DNA of 64,000 bases from Epiperipatus broadwayi (Eukaryota; Animalia; Onychophora): contig JAQFVV010000007.1 of assembly GCA_028023455.1 (NCBI GenBank), positions 18,104,001-18,168,000 of the forward strand, in the 5' to 3' direction. Positions 1 to 12,505 of this stretch are shown piece by piece (position 1 is the stretch's first letter; every line of letters starts with the position of its first letter). The notes under the pieces were generated by a model. The model had not been told where the DNA came from. It saw only the letters and a program-made list of their open reading frames with translations, and did no database searches. A program made the translations under genes and the position numbers.

Positions 1-644
1 TATTTTATAACTAAATTTAATCTATACTTTTTACCAATCGATATATGTTGAATATGCTATGGACAGCACTTATTATTCAATATGTTAATTAAGGATTTGA
101 ATTCACCACATTTAACCAAATTTGGCAGATCCAATTATAATTAATATACATTTGTTTCCACTTAACTGCACCATTATATGTTTGCTCCATTAAAATTTGT
201 TTAATTGTTTTTATGTCTATGTATGTTTCTTTCTCCACTACTAATACAACAGTTATTATATTTTACATTTTAATCTTGTCTAATTTGTGACTAACCATAA
301 GAGAATTTAATTTAGGCAATGAATTGTGACCTCTACTAAACTCAATGTCTAGACACAGCAGGTTGATGATGAAAAAAGAAAATGGCTAACAATGAGCTTG
401 ACCAACTTTATTATCACAATATTAAATCTGCTTTTGAATAACCTCAATAATTAAACAAATGATGTAATATTGAAGGAATACTATTTACAAGATTGGCAAG
501 AATCAATATCAGTTTGATTATTATTAGCATGCCATTTCTTATCATCTTCAAAATATGGTCTATTCAAGCAAAATAATATTTAGAATTACATCCATGATTA
601 GTGTTTGTTTGAGAGTTTGTGATGATTGCATTTTAATAATAATT

Positions 645-1125
645 GTATGTTGGACAATCTTCTTCATCTAATATTAATTATTAAATGTCTTTAAAAAGTT
701 CAAATTTTATTTAAACTTTTTAAATACTTTCATTTGTTAGTAATATCATACATGTTAATGTATATCATAATGTTTCAAGAGGTATTATGCTCTTCTTCAG
801 GTGTTGCTAGCCTAACCAGTATGAGAATCAAAGCTGGATCTTTAGATTTGTGAATATTGAAAGTAATGTGATACTCTAACCAACTAAGCTAAGATGATGC
901 TTTTATCAACTAGGCATCAACTGGTTGGTCAGAACATAATCTTAAATTTAATATTCACAAATCTAAAGAGCTCAAGTTCTCTGGTGAGGTCAGCAACATC
1001 TGGAAAAAAAATACTACTACTTGATAAATTGTGTATACACTAACCTATGCACTATTACTAACAGTTGAATGTATTTGAAAAGTTTTAATATTAGATTATG
1101 GAAATAAATATTAATAGAAATGACC
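645..1125. mobile_element. Family A fold-back element (decayed): inverted arms each with a tRNA-like segment and an HHR-like motif
   Basis: Arms homologous to 38420-38899 and 54228-55264 (ctcttcttcaggtgttgct / cagcaacatctgg; ctctaaccaactaagcta). Boundaries approximate. Confidence 0.7.
765..804 (-). ncRNA. Minimal type-I hammerhead ribozyme motif, family A (degenerate)
   Basis: Minus strand ACAC-CTGAAGA-AGAG cataatac CTCTT-GAAA-CATT. Confidence 0.5.
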
Positions 1126-1254
1126 AATTGTGTTTTTGAATAGACTAGATCAATTTATCAAATGTCTATTGTAAATAGATTTTACATCTTGTCAACAGGT
1201 ACTATAATAAAGCAGTCATCAACATACTCAATAAAGATAGTTTTTTGGCACCAA

Positions 1255-2090
1255 ATCTGCTACCATAACCAATTTCTTAAGTGAAGACCTCCTCACTAGC
1301 ACCATCTAGCGAAAGCTTAAAAATCAATTGATTACCAGGTGCACATAAAAAAACTTATCTTTAGCATGTAAAGCCCTAGCCTCAGACTCATTTCTGACTT
1401 TTTTTTTATCAATAAGGTTTGGGAGCAAAGTTGAAAAGAATACAGATATATGTTTAACAACTGTCTTCAACTCTACTTTACCTCTTAATCTGACATTGTC
1501 TTCCAACATTCTGACTTCAATTTCAGGTTTCATCTTGACAGGTAAAGTGTAGTTAAAAAATGATTGCTGGTTGCATGTCCTTTCAACATTAAATCCCAAG
1601 TTTTATTGAAAAAGTCCAACACCAGAAACAAATCTGGATTTATGTGTACCTGATAATCAATAATATTTCAAGCTTATACTAGATGGCACTAGTCTGGTAA
1701 GCTTCTCTTTCCTTATAATTTTTAAGCTGGACAATTTGGTGACTTGCTGTATATTACTGTAATATTTCTAACTGGGGAAATGAGGTTCCTACAATTAATG
1801 GAAATACTGAAGATACTAAACTGTACAGTTTGTGAGCTGAATTTAGATATGTACAACTGGTCCTGTGGGTGACTTGAAGTCAAAATTTTAGAGTGATGGG
1901 GAATTTCAGATTTTTTGGACGAACAGATGAAATGGAGTTAAGGGTTGTTTCTGGATGCATATCTGGATTTCCTCAATCCCAAACCTCATTCATAGAAGAA
2001 AAAGTCAGAAACTGCTCTAGAGATAAATTGTATCACTGATTCCTTAAGCTTATACTAGATGGCACCAGAGTGAAAAGCTGCTTTTATCTC
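1255..2090. mobile_element. Family E: inverted plus partial tandem repeat, possibly Penelope-derived
   Basis: 1350-1600 (minus) is homologous to 1740-2030 (plus), sharing tttctgactttt...ggtttggga. The end module aagctt-atactagatggcac occurs three times. Weak GIY-YIG-like pattern (EVRMLE...PNL). Confidence 0.45.
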
Positions 2091-2731
2091 ATTGCATTTC
2101 AATAGTCTTTTACAAGAATATAGACTTAAAATCTATTTGTATTAAATAATCATTTGACAAAGAGTATCATAATAAAGTAGTAAAAATACTTGTTATAGTT
2201 TTTTATTGCTTTTCCCCAATCCCTGAGAAGAATGGAGATAAAAGAACAACAATCCTTCACAGATATGCAATGAAGAAAGAAGTGTTATTTATGACTTGGT
2301 CTTAAAATCTTACTACTTTTGTGTTATTCTCTAAATAAAAGAAAAAAATGATAGTCACATGATTTGTCTGTGGGCTGACTGCCCAAATAAAACATCTAAG
2401 CCTGGTTATTTATCTTGTCAGATTGAAAATATATTTGTAGTCTTTGCATATAAAAGTGTAATACCAAAATGTATTACAGTGTAAAGTGTATTTATTGTGA
2501 TGTAATATATATTGAATATACATTTAACATTCTTATTTTTTATATGGTTGAATTTTATAAAGATAAGTTTCTTATATGTGAATAACTGAAATACAGGCTT
2601 ATTATATACCTGTATCAATATGTGTAATATATAGGCAATATGAACACACTTTCATATGACTCATCATGCTCCACTCTATCTCATAACACTGATACACTTG
2701 AACACTTATATGTCAAAAAAATAAATAATCA

Positions 2732-2773
2732 CCAATATACATATTTCATGCTAAACCAGCAATCATCAGTTGG
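2732..2773 (-). ncRNA. Type-I hammerhead ribozyme, family B
   Basis: CCAA-CTGATGA-TTGCT ggttt AGCAT-GAAA-TATGTA-TA-TTGG; distal helix I ATAATC/GATTAT. Confidence 0.8.
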
Positions 2774-3105
2774 TCCAGATTATCATCTCTATACATATAT
2801 ATGCAGTAAATGCTCAGATATATGTTAGGATAGCCAATCATCATACTTTAATGGACAGGCTTTAATCCACTCCACACTCCATCTCTTCAACCATCCATTC
2901 AATTGAAAATCTGATCATGGAACACTCAAGACAAGAATCTCAGTTTCAGGGTGGCCTTTGAACATTCATCAGATTTTCAATTGGATGGACGGATGAAGAG
3001 ATGGAATGTGGAGTGGACTGAAGCCTGTTCATTAAAGTATGATGATTGGCTATCTTAATATATATTAGCACTTATTGCATATATGTGTAGAGATGATAAT
3101 CTGTA

Positions 3106-3147
3106 CCAACTGATGATTACTGTTTTAGCATGAAATACGTATATTGG
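3106..3147 (+). ncRNA. Type-I hammerhead ribozyme, family B
   Basis: CCAA-CTGATGA-TTACTGTTTTAGCAT-GAAA-TACGTA-TA-TTGG; intact helix III palindrome ATACGTAT. Confidence 0.8.
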
Positions 3148-3575
3148 TGATTGTTTATCTTTTTGACATACATGTGTTCAAGTGTATGTGTTATGAGATA
3201 GTGTAGAGAGTAGTGGGTTGTGTGAAAGTCTGTGCTCATATACCTATATATTATATATATTGATACAGGTATATAATAAGCCTGTATTTCAGTTATTACA
3301 TAATAGAGATGTCTGCGCATTCCTCATATATGTATTAAATGGATTATGTCCTGTACATAAGGGGTCAGATTGACTTTAGTTCAACATGAATGTGATAAGA
3401 ATCTCAGCCTCAGGGTGGCCTTTGAGCATTCCATCAACAGATTTTCAATTGGATGGACAGTTGAAGAGCTGGACTGTGGAGTGGATTGAAGCCTGTTCAT
3501 TAAAGTATGATGATTGGCTATCTTAATATATATCTGAGCACTTATTGCATATATGTGTAGAGATGATACTCTGAA

Positions 3576-3617
3576 CCAACTGATGATTGCTGGTTTAGCA
3601 TGAAATATGTATACTGG
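3576..3617 (+). ncRNA. Type-I hammerhead ribozyme, family B
   Basis: CCAA-CTGATGA-TTGCTGGTTTAGCAT-GAAA-TATGTA-TA-CTGG. Confidence 0.75.
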
Positions 3618-3903
3618 TAATTATTTATCATTTTGATCTATATGTGTTCAAGTGTATCAGTTTTATAAGATAGAGTGAAGAGTGGTGGGTCATATGAAAG
3701 TCTGTGCTCATATACCCTATATATTATATGTGAATAGTATAATATTGTATATTATTCCATACAGAAAAGGTTGAATGGAATTATGAAAAATAAAATTAAT
3801 AATATATTAATTCAGTTCACAAATGCTTCATTATTTGAATGCACATAAATTTTTCATGACATGACCTAAGATAAATGTTAAGGACTGTAACTTCATCATT
3901 TTA

Positions 3904-4235
3904 ACCATTATTGATCCACAACAGGATGGTCTATCCAAGTTTAATCCAATTTCTTTTATCCCTAGCCATGCTTCTCAAAAACATCAGGAAACATCCATAT
4001 TTTATCTATTCACCTCATATATGGTCTTTTTCTAGGTCTTTTACAATCTATTGGGATCTATTTTAAGACTTCAACTGCCTCTGTTATCATCTCTCATAGC
4101 AGTATATCCAATTTGGCTCCATTTCAGTTTTCTAGTTTTTTTTCAATGATGTTGTTTTCTCACCCATATACTAAACATTTTATTGAGCTATAAATTATTA
4201 AGTTTTCAGTCCAGATGTAATTTTAAACTCACTTA
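3904..4235 (-). mobile_element. RTE-clade LINE 3' fragment (decayed)
   Basis: Homologous to the 3' end of the 20.1 kb and 35.7 kb RTE copies. Confidence 0.7.
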
Positions 4236-4559
4236 AACATTAAAATATCAGCTATTGCTTAACTTCCGTAATGAAATGAGAAGTGGTGTGTTCAATATAG
4301 TATAATTATAGGTTAACAAATAGGCCCTACATCATTCAGAGTATCCACTGGTAATCCATCCAATGTTAACTGGTCATCTAAATTTTACAGATGATGGGAT
4401 ATTTCAGAGCTTCAAGAAATATTGCAAAAGTTATCAGATGAAAAGATGCTAAAAAAAAAAAATGTTCAGAAGAAAAAATTAACATTGATAGTGATGAATT
4501 GCAAGTTAGCAAACAGCAAACACATATTTTGGTTCAATCATTAATAAAGATGGTAACAT

Positions 4560-4975
4560 TATGGATGAAATTAATCATAGAATTTAACTTGGATATACAT
4601 TTTTTGGAGCTGCTTGAAACACAAGATTGTTAATAGATCTGTTTTATCAATTCTTTCAGACCTCTCTACAAAGTATGGAGAGATGGATGATTGCAAATGA
4701 AATATGAGTGAGAAAACAAACAGGTAATACGGAGACTGAAATGGAGCTGGGCTGAACATATTGTTAGAAAAGATGTTTTTATAGATGGGCAGTTGATGTT
4801 CTAAATTGAATCACAAAAAAATTTAAAAGACCTAGAAATAGGCCATATGCGAGATGGATCGGTGAAATAAGAACGTTTGCTGGTATGTTATGAGTAAGAG
4901 AAACTCGAAATCGAAGTAACTAGAGTAAACTTGGAGAGATCTTCATCATATATTGACGCGACAGTGGTTGAAAGG
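4560..4975 (+). mobile_element. RTE-clade LINE 3' fragment (decayed, internal deletions)
   Basis: gaaattaatcatagaatttaacttgg, gaaatggagctgggctgaacatattg and aaacttggagagatcttcatc match the RTE RT C-terminus. Confidence 0.8.
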
Positions 4976-5950
4976 AAGTATGATTTTTGATGATGAATAT
5001 ATTGCCAGAAACGATAAACTGTTTTGTAAAAATGGTATCTAATATGCCATATATATACACACACACTATAATAGATTGTTTTAAAATAAAGAAGTTTAAA
5101 AAAAATCTACGGCACACAACTGCAGCAAATTGCATTTGTGAGTAATTGATTTTAAGACAAACCGGCTCAGCTTCGGATGAAACTAATCTTTTAAGGTGGA
5201 GTTGTTTTTGTGTTTTAATATGTTTTCTTGAAAAATTAAGATCGGTTGGGCCTTTGCTAATTCAAATGTTTTGATTCACATTTATTTATAGTTTTTGTAA
5301 TTGATACAGAAACAATTAAATGACAATCTTCAAATTAAAAGATAGTCGTTATTGGATAAATGTTGAAAAAACAATTGTCGTGTTTGCGAAAAATTTGTTT
5401 TGATAAAAAGACACTGGCGGTAGTGGAGATTCCGCGAAAGATAAATAGTGTGTGGAAAGTCTTAAAATTTTTTAGGCATCTTAAGGGCTCATTAAAGTTT
5501 ATGATGTAAATCAAAAATTGAAATACTAAACTATACTGCGTTAGAAGCAGGCACGCAGTATTAGACTATACGTATATTCATAAAGTTAGGATTCGAACAT
5601 ATTTATTTGACTTTTGAGATTTTTTCTTCAAGAAGAGTGGACCGCATGCAATACCGATCAATTTTCGACTGACTTTTGTCATTGCTTGTCTTTTTGAAAG
5701 CTTCAATTGATGCTATGTAATTTATTTCCTCGTTTAGTTTTATGCCTCTGTATAATTATTAACTTGTATATTACAATTGCTTCTGATACTATTAGAAATG
5801 ATTCGAATTCACAAAATGTTCGAACACGGAACGTGACAGAGCTAATGTATGACCCACGATCTTGATTTACTACTGTACCAAACTACGTATTAAATATAAT
5901 AAAATTTTCTATGAGTGTGTATGCACGCGCGCAATTGCAAATAATGCTTC
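4850..5950. promoter_or_regulatory. CpG-retaining promoter-like region
   Basis: Many CG dinucleotides against a CpG-depleted background; gcacgcgcgc motif at ~5923; possible donor ttt|gtgagt at ~5137. Confidence 0.4.
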
Positions 5951-6419
5951 TTTAAAAAAAAAGTTTAGGTAATCTATAGAGCAAGAACATTCTGGCTAAT
6001 TCATATTTTCTGATAATTTAATCATTGATGAGTGATTAGTTTTTGTCATAAGAAAGAACTATATGATTATTTAAGTACTACAAATTCAATGATTGACTTA
6101 ATTATTATTATTCTCAAAAAACATTTATTAAACTAATTAATACCCATGTTACATTAATTATAAGATGAGTATAAATATGGATGGTACATTATAAATATGC
6201 ATAATGAAAATTTACAATAATAGATAAGTTATGGGATTAACATTATTGAGTTAAAACAGGGTTAGATATTTAGGTTAAGTTCATTGTTAACTCTATTGAC
6301 ATGTATGGGATTAACATTATTGTTAAAACAGGGTTAGCTATTATGGCGCAACCACATTTACACTTTTCAAATAAAATATAATTTACTGTCAATATACTTT
6401 TCTCCAGATTGAACAATCA

Positions 6420-6520
6420 ATAGAAGCCAAGATGGTAGTGCTTAATAAATCCTCAACCATATTCTCAGACTTCTTTTTAGCCTACACCTTTCATCAGTGT
6501 TAAAACTGGATCGAGTATGA
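6420..6520 (-). mobile_element. Family C remnant with degenerate HHR
   Basis: Minus strand CA-CTGATGA-AAGGTGTAGGCTA-AAAA-GAAG-TC-TGAG. Confidence 0.4.
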
Positions 6521-7199
6521 CTGGATTTTCTTAAGTCTAAATGCATCTTCCCTCCCGAAGCCAGTATTTACTCATTGTTTAAAGTCAAGCTATCGATCTG
6601 AAATTCAAAAACATCTTAATGTTCTGTACTTAAGCTAACTTGCTTTTATAGTTATAAACATCTGTCATCAGTTCAATACTTATATATTTTAGTGTCCTCA
6701 TATTTTTTAATAACTGTATGCACACCAAATGGAAGAACTGGTATAGGGGGAATAAGTTCATATTTAAAAATACAGGAAGAGATCACATAATATTTTGTTG
6801 ATGCTGAAATAAGATTTCCTAGTCTAATTATTTAATCCTATATTTATTTTTTTAATTTTCCAAGATAATATGTAAAAGATGGGGATGAGTGTCTGTATGT
6901 ATGTGGCATTCTTATAATCAGTAATCAACATGACATCACATAACAAGAATGCCTACCTCCCCTCATCATCCTTATTCATCTAACTAATTCAGTTACTTAG
7001 GGCTTATTTTATGGTTCAGCTATTAATTATTAGATACCCATCACTCATATCTACCTAAAGGCATACTTGGAAATTCTTTAGCTATCTGAAAAAATAAAAA
7101 AATTCTTTCCATAACAAATAAATACATTAACTACTACACCGAGAAATCTTAATAACTTTCATTTGTTGTTTTTAACTGTTTACCTTAATGATTGAAATT

Positions 7200-7832
7200 A
7201 TTTAAAGATAAATATTAAAAAGACTAAAGTAATATTCAATGGATTGTCACAAAAGAAGATAGTAAAGATTGATAACCATGAATTAGAGGGAATTAACAAC
7301 TACAAATATCTTGGTCAGATTATTAAAACAAATAGGAATGTAATTGATGAAATTGAACATAGAATTTAACTTGGATGGAGTGTTTTTGGTTGAAATAACT
7401 TAATACTAAGAGGAAATATACTTAAGTATTTAAAAAGAAAGTTTTTAATGCATATGATCAGTTCTTACTTATTATATATCTGGGACTTGGACACTTAACA
7501 GAAGAACAATATAAATATTTAAGAACATTCAACAAAATATGTAGGAATGTATGTTAGCAATAATAAGTAGGGATTGAAAAGCATACACAGGGGACATCAT
7601 TGGAAAAATTAAACTAAAACGTAATCTGGCTGGACATATTGCTAAAAAGAATCATAGTAGATGAATAGTTGAAATCTTAAACTGGATACAAGAGATTGTG
7701 ATAAGAATTAGGAAGAGATCATATGTAAAATGGATGGATGAAATAAGGAAATTTACTAGTATGTTGTGAAGAGAAGCTACTGGTTAAGCTTGAAGAGACT
7801 TCATTCTGCAATGGATTACTAATGATTGAGTC
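7200..7832 (+). mobile_element. RTE-clade LINE 3' fragment (decayed)
   Basis: Colinear with 20160-20856 (aagactaaagtaat, tacaaatatcttggtcagattatt, gctggacatattgcta). Confidence 0.85.
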
Positions 7833-8189
7833 ATACAATAGTAAATAGTAATAAAAAGAACTGAATAAAAATGAAAATATAATAAAATAATTGCTAGAGA
7901 TGATGTATTGATTTACCAAGAAAAATTAAAAAAACAAACAGATGGATTAGTCTTTAATTAAAAAAAGGACAAGATATTAGATGAAGAATGGCAAACATTA
8001 AATGGGATTAATAATTTGCCAAAAATTGTCAGATACAGGTATGTAGGGACTGCAACTATATTAGAGAATAAAAACTTTGAGATTTTAAAGATTATATGAA
8101 AAAAAGATTTTAAAAGTTATATATGTAATAGGAAATGAGATTAAATATGCACACATAAAATCGATAAATTATTAATCAGAATATTTGAG

Positions 8190-8697
8190 TTAAACCACTA
8201 AGCATCACATGATCACCATACATAGGCAAAACTCTTATGCCTCTCAGTGCAAGCCAGAATAATCAATGGACACCAGAGCTTGTGCATAAGATCCCTATCT
8301 AGTGCCTACTCATCCAATATCCATAGACTAGTTTCTAGCTTGTGGCTTTCATCAGTGAAGAGCCTTGGATCTGAGAGCATTGCACCTAGATCTTAGGATC
8401 CAATGCAACCCTACAGCAGCCACAATTTATCTCAACTTAACTACAAAACTATGAGAATAAAATTGAAAACACAATAATATTCATTAGCTTATATAGTCAT
8501 ATAAGTCTGAACTCAGTTCAATACCCATACATTTTGGTGTCTTTGGTTCTTTAATAACCATAGCAACCACCATCCCATTAAGCAGGATTGGTATTAAACC
8601 ACTAAACATCACATGGTCACCACTTCTTATACTTGCTAATAACTGTTGTTAAAACAGGCAAAACTCTCCATGTATAGAGTTTTGCCTGTTTTAATAT
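8190..8697 (-). mobile_element. Family C HHR element (~1.1 monomer plus short inverted tail)
   Basis: Colinear with 30171-30753; terminal redundancy of caggcaaaactctc. Confidence 0.85.
8320..8361 (-). ncRNA. Minimal type-I hammerhead ribozyme, family C
   Basis: TCTTCA-CTGATGA-AAGC cacaa GCTA-GAAA-CTAG-TC-TATGGA; core intact, helix I damaged. Confidence 0.7.
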
Positions 8698-9486
8698 TTG
8701 AGATGTTGAACATGTACTGCAAAGTGATGGGTGCAGATTTCAATATCTTTCATCTGACATTTTTTAAAATTAAATGTAATAGCAGTATAATTTACAAGTG
8801 CAGTTTTTATTTGTAATTCTTAGTCAGAAGATAATCAGCTTTTGACATGTGCTGTTTAATCATGTTACTAACTCAACTATGCTGTAGTGAGTATGCAGCA
8901 CACTCTCAAACCCAAGATAAGAATGACCATTTTATCTTTGTATCTAAATGCAATCATATAGTCCAATCTAGAGCATTTAGAAGTGAAAACATGAAGTTTA
9001 ATCTTTATAACTTTACATCCATTACCTTATTTATAGTTAAGCCTAGTAAAATTTTCAAATATATTACTGGTAAATATTAGATGATGTTAGAATGAATATA
9101 ATAACAAAACAATAAAGAGAAAAGACAGTGAATAAAGTTAGTTAAGAATATAAGAGTTGAATTAAAATTGTTAATAATAAAATGTTAAAAAATTTGAGCA
9201 GGAGGGCAACACCAAATATAACTTTTGTAGAACAAATATTGGTTATAAATAACTCATGAAATTATTATTTACAGTGTGAATTTGAGTTTTCTTTCTTTAA
9301 AATATAATTACCCAATACATTGTAACAGGCAGGGTTTTTTTTACCACAAGAGAGGGGGAACCCATCTCATTATAGTCAAAACCTAGGGTTTTCAGGTAGG
9401 ATGCTGCCAATGATGCAATGAAGTACCTAACCTATGATTGTATCTATCTCCAATGGGCTAACTCTGTGTTTACACATTAAATTTAG

Positions 9487-9672
9487 ATAAAATTTGGGCT
9501 AGTTTATCCATACCTCATCCCTCCTTTGGGCTCCATTATGCCTCAGTATTCAAACTCGGGAAGAAATCTGCCTTTGACTCTCTTCAGGGGTGAACTTATA
9601 CTAGATAGAAACTGTCACACCTCTATTCCAGATCCATCCAAGCATATTACTGTGTCATTATATAAGAATGAG
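9487..9672 (+). CDS. Candidate internal exon, unknown product
   Basis: Open frame IKFGLVYPYL...SLYKNE between tttag| and |gtgtgc; locally higher complexity; no recognised homology. Confidence 0.2.
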
Positions 9673-10184
9673 GTGTGCGTGTATGTATATACTCAGTTAT
9701 CGGTTGATGGATAAATGGCATAAATGATTTTGATAAATTAAAGACCAATTTAATGTGAATCAAGTTAGCAACATTTATTAAAAAACAAAACAAAAAAAAT
9801 TTAAAACTTTCTAACATGATAAAATAATATAATTGTATGTGTCAAGGATGTATTTTTATCATATCAACAGCTAAATGTGTTCACTATTCCAAACCTTTAC
9901 CCATGGTAGAGATTCATGGCATGACCCTAATTATTTACAAAGCAAATAAAAATTAAAAAAAAAATTATTAAATCAACCATGAAGCTAACTAGCTAATTTA
10001 CAATATTATACAGGTATATCTGTAGTAACCTTGTTGTCCAATTCAAATTAGCGATGTTCCATCTTTTTTGGAGATCCCCTATCTATGTATAGTTTGATAG
10101 AAAAGAACATCTGTACTAGAAGATTAGTCATTTATGCCGAAAAAATAAATATAAATGATTGTTAGTTAATAATAAACAAATAAC

Positions 10185-10368
10185 ATGAACTCTGTTTTAT
10201 AATAAGTGTATGTGCTTAATATGGAATAATCCTAAAGATCTTACTTTATTTCATATCATGATGATGATCAATGTCAATGAACTCTGTCCTGTAATAAGTG
10301 TATGTGTTTAATGTGGAATAATATTAAAGGACTTACCTTATTCCATATCATGATGATGATCAATGTCA
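10185..10368. repeat. Tandem duplication, 92-bp unit x2
   Basis: atgaactctg...catatcatgatgatgatcaatgtca begins at 10185 and 10277. Confidence 0.85.
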
Positions 10369-10585
10369 AGTTCCTCTGGAGGGAAAGCTGCCCTAAACTT
10401 TATTTAACAAATATAAAAAAAGATTTTATTAACTTAATAATTTCTCCCCATTTATTTTGTTGCTTTCACTTATAATGGACTTTTCTAACTTATAGACATG
10501 CTTCCAAGTGTGGAAATAAAATAAAACTAGAATTTTACAGACATATATAAAAAAATATACATAATAAAATCAAAATTTTCATTAG

Positions 10586-10717
10586 GTCATCGTGGTTAAT
10601 GTCCATGAGTTTGGCAATAATGCCTTTTATGGATACCATCTATCTCTCTTCAGATCACTCTCCTTTGATAAATTATTCATCACTCACTGGAATTCCTCAG
10701 CAACGTGCTTGAAATAA
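10586..10717 (+). CDS. Candidate terminal coding exon, unknown product
   Basis: ttttcattag| then VIVVNVHEFGNNAFYGY...TCLK*; phase-compatible with 9487-9672; a second frame is also open. Confidence 0.15.
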   Translation, partial: VIVVNVHEFGNNAFYGYHLSLFRSLSFDKLFITHWNSSATCLK

Positions 10718-11663
10718 TATTACATCCATCTTCTGCCATTGTTCTCATTCTTGATCCATGTAGATGTTTAGTGTAGGACATTTGGTGTTCCTTTAGGTAT
10801 TATATAGGTAAGTAGATTAAGTCATTGCACTTTCAGGGTCAGAAAAGTAGCACTCAGTCCTATGGCACTGTTAATTTAGCCAGAATACATTGCATAGCAG
10901 TTTATAACAGGTTTAACTTATCTTTATTTCCTATTTGGCACTTAATGGCTTATAAAAAAAATAATTCATTTTATTTAAATGCTGGAAATGCTCTATTTCT
11001 TCTTTATATGTGTTCAAATAATAGCACAGTTTCTCAAAATAAAATAAAAAATTAGTTGTTATTTTACTAAACTGCACAAACTGAGCAAACTTTTCTCAAT
11101 TTAAGCATTAATTGTAATTTCTCATGACTTCATGCTATGAAACTTATATAAATAATTCAGAATCTCTTTCATTCAACATTCAGTCTTAGAATGTTGGCTT
11201 TATATAATTTATGCATTATTTGGACAAGTAACAAAAAATGATGGAAATGAACTGGATTTGCTTTTATACCATGCATGATTTCCAGTGTTTGGTATACTAG
11301 CTTTTCCATTTACTTTGATATTGCTGTGGCTGCCTATTGCTGCACATATTATATTGGTTGTTTAAAAAATAAAATCACATAACAGAATCCTAATTTTATT
11401 TTCCACACTTGGTTGCCTGGTGATTGGCTTATCATTGGATCATCACTTTGTTTACTATATCTATGTCTCAATTCATAACATACAACACATTGATAATTAA
11501 TTTATTGTTGATATATATATATATTTAAATGGTTTCTTTAATTGGGCCTTTATTTCTCATTAAATAAGAGAAATTAGTTCATTGTGACATTTGTTTAATT
11601 TGGTATTTAGCAAAGCAAACACTCGTCATATATATAGCGTCGTATATATATATATATACATAC

Positions 11664-11694
<31 letters not shown>

Positions 11695-11934
11695 CTTAGA
11701 AGAAACAATAGTGCATATTCAACTGCCTATTACTTAAGCTAATGTTTTGATTGGGTTTGGTTTGGTGTTGTGGATAAATAAAGGCTAGTTTTGATAAGAT
11801 TGTAAGCTACCTTACAATGTAAATAATTATTTTTATGTTATGGTATGTATATTCCTACCTTTATATTCAACAATAAAATTCCACATGACATCATTTCTCA
11901 TAACCCTTACAGCATGCTGTTCAGAAGGAAATTC

Positions 11935-12505
11935 TGATGTTCTCACCACTATCATGCCACTTATTGCAAACTTTAGTAATCAACAGATATTAGGTGATAA
12001 TATTTAATAAATCCCTATTTAGTGTTGTACTATCCATATTCCCAGACTCATTTCTAGAATATGGCTTTCACCAGTGAGAAGTTTTGGATTTGGAAGCAGT
12101 GCACCTGGATATTTTGAATATAATGCATTTTTAATCTAGTATCCATCTTTTATTTTTTTAGTTTACTTTCAAACATGACCCAATTTCACATAATGTTGCA
12201 CAATACTGTTCAGCATTAATTTTTTCTCACTAGTACCTTGCCATCTATTGTAAGCTTTAGTAATTAGTAGATGCCAGATGATAGTTTGATAGTAAAATAA
12301 AAAAAGTAAAAGATCATTGCTAAGAGAAAAGTACATTAGGTCAAAAAATTCAAGCACAATGCTCCCAAATCCAAAGCGCTTCACCCATAAAAGCTATAAG
12401 CTAGAAATTAGTCTGAAGATATTGGATAATATAATGCTGTATCAGAATTTATTGTGCTGCCACCTGGCATCTATTAATACAAAAGTTCTCACTAAGTGGT
12501 GTAAT
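11935..12505. mobile_element. Family C old fold-back copy with two degenerate HHRs
   Basis: cccagactcatttctag...ctttcaccagtgag (minus) and CTTCA-CCCATAA-AAGC tataa GCTA-GAAA-TTAG-TC-TGAAG (plus, ~12379-12418). Confidence 0.6.

Larger units (their letters stand above)
2575..3735. mobile_element. Family B HHR retrozyme-like element: inverted arm (2575-2928) plus ~1.7 tandem 470-nt monomers
   Basis: Direct repeat with HHR cores starting at 3110 and 3580 (470 nt apart); inverted copy to the left; homologous to 47755-48615. Confidence 0.9.
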
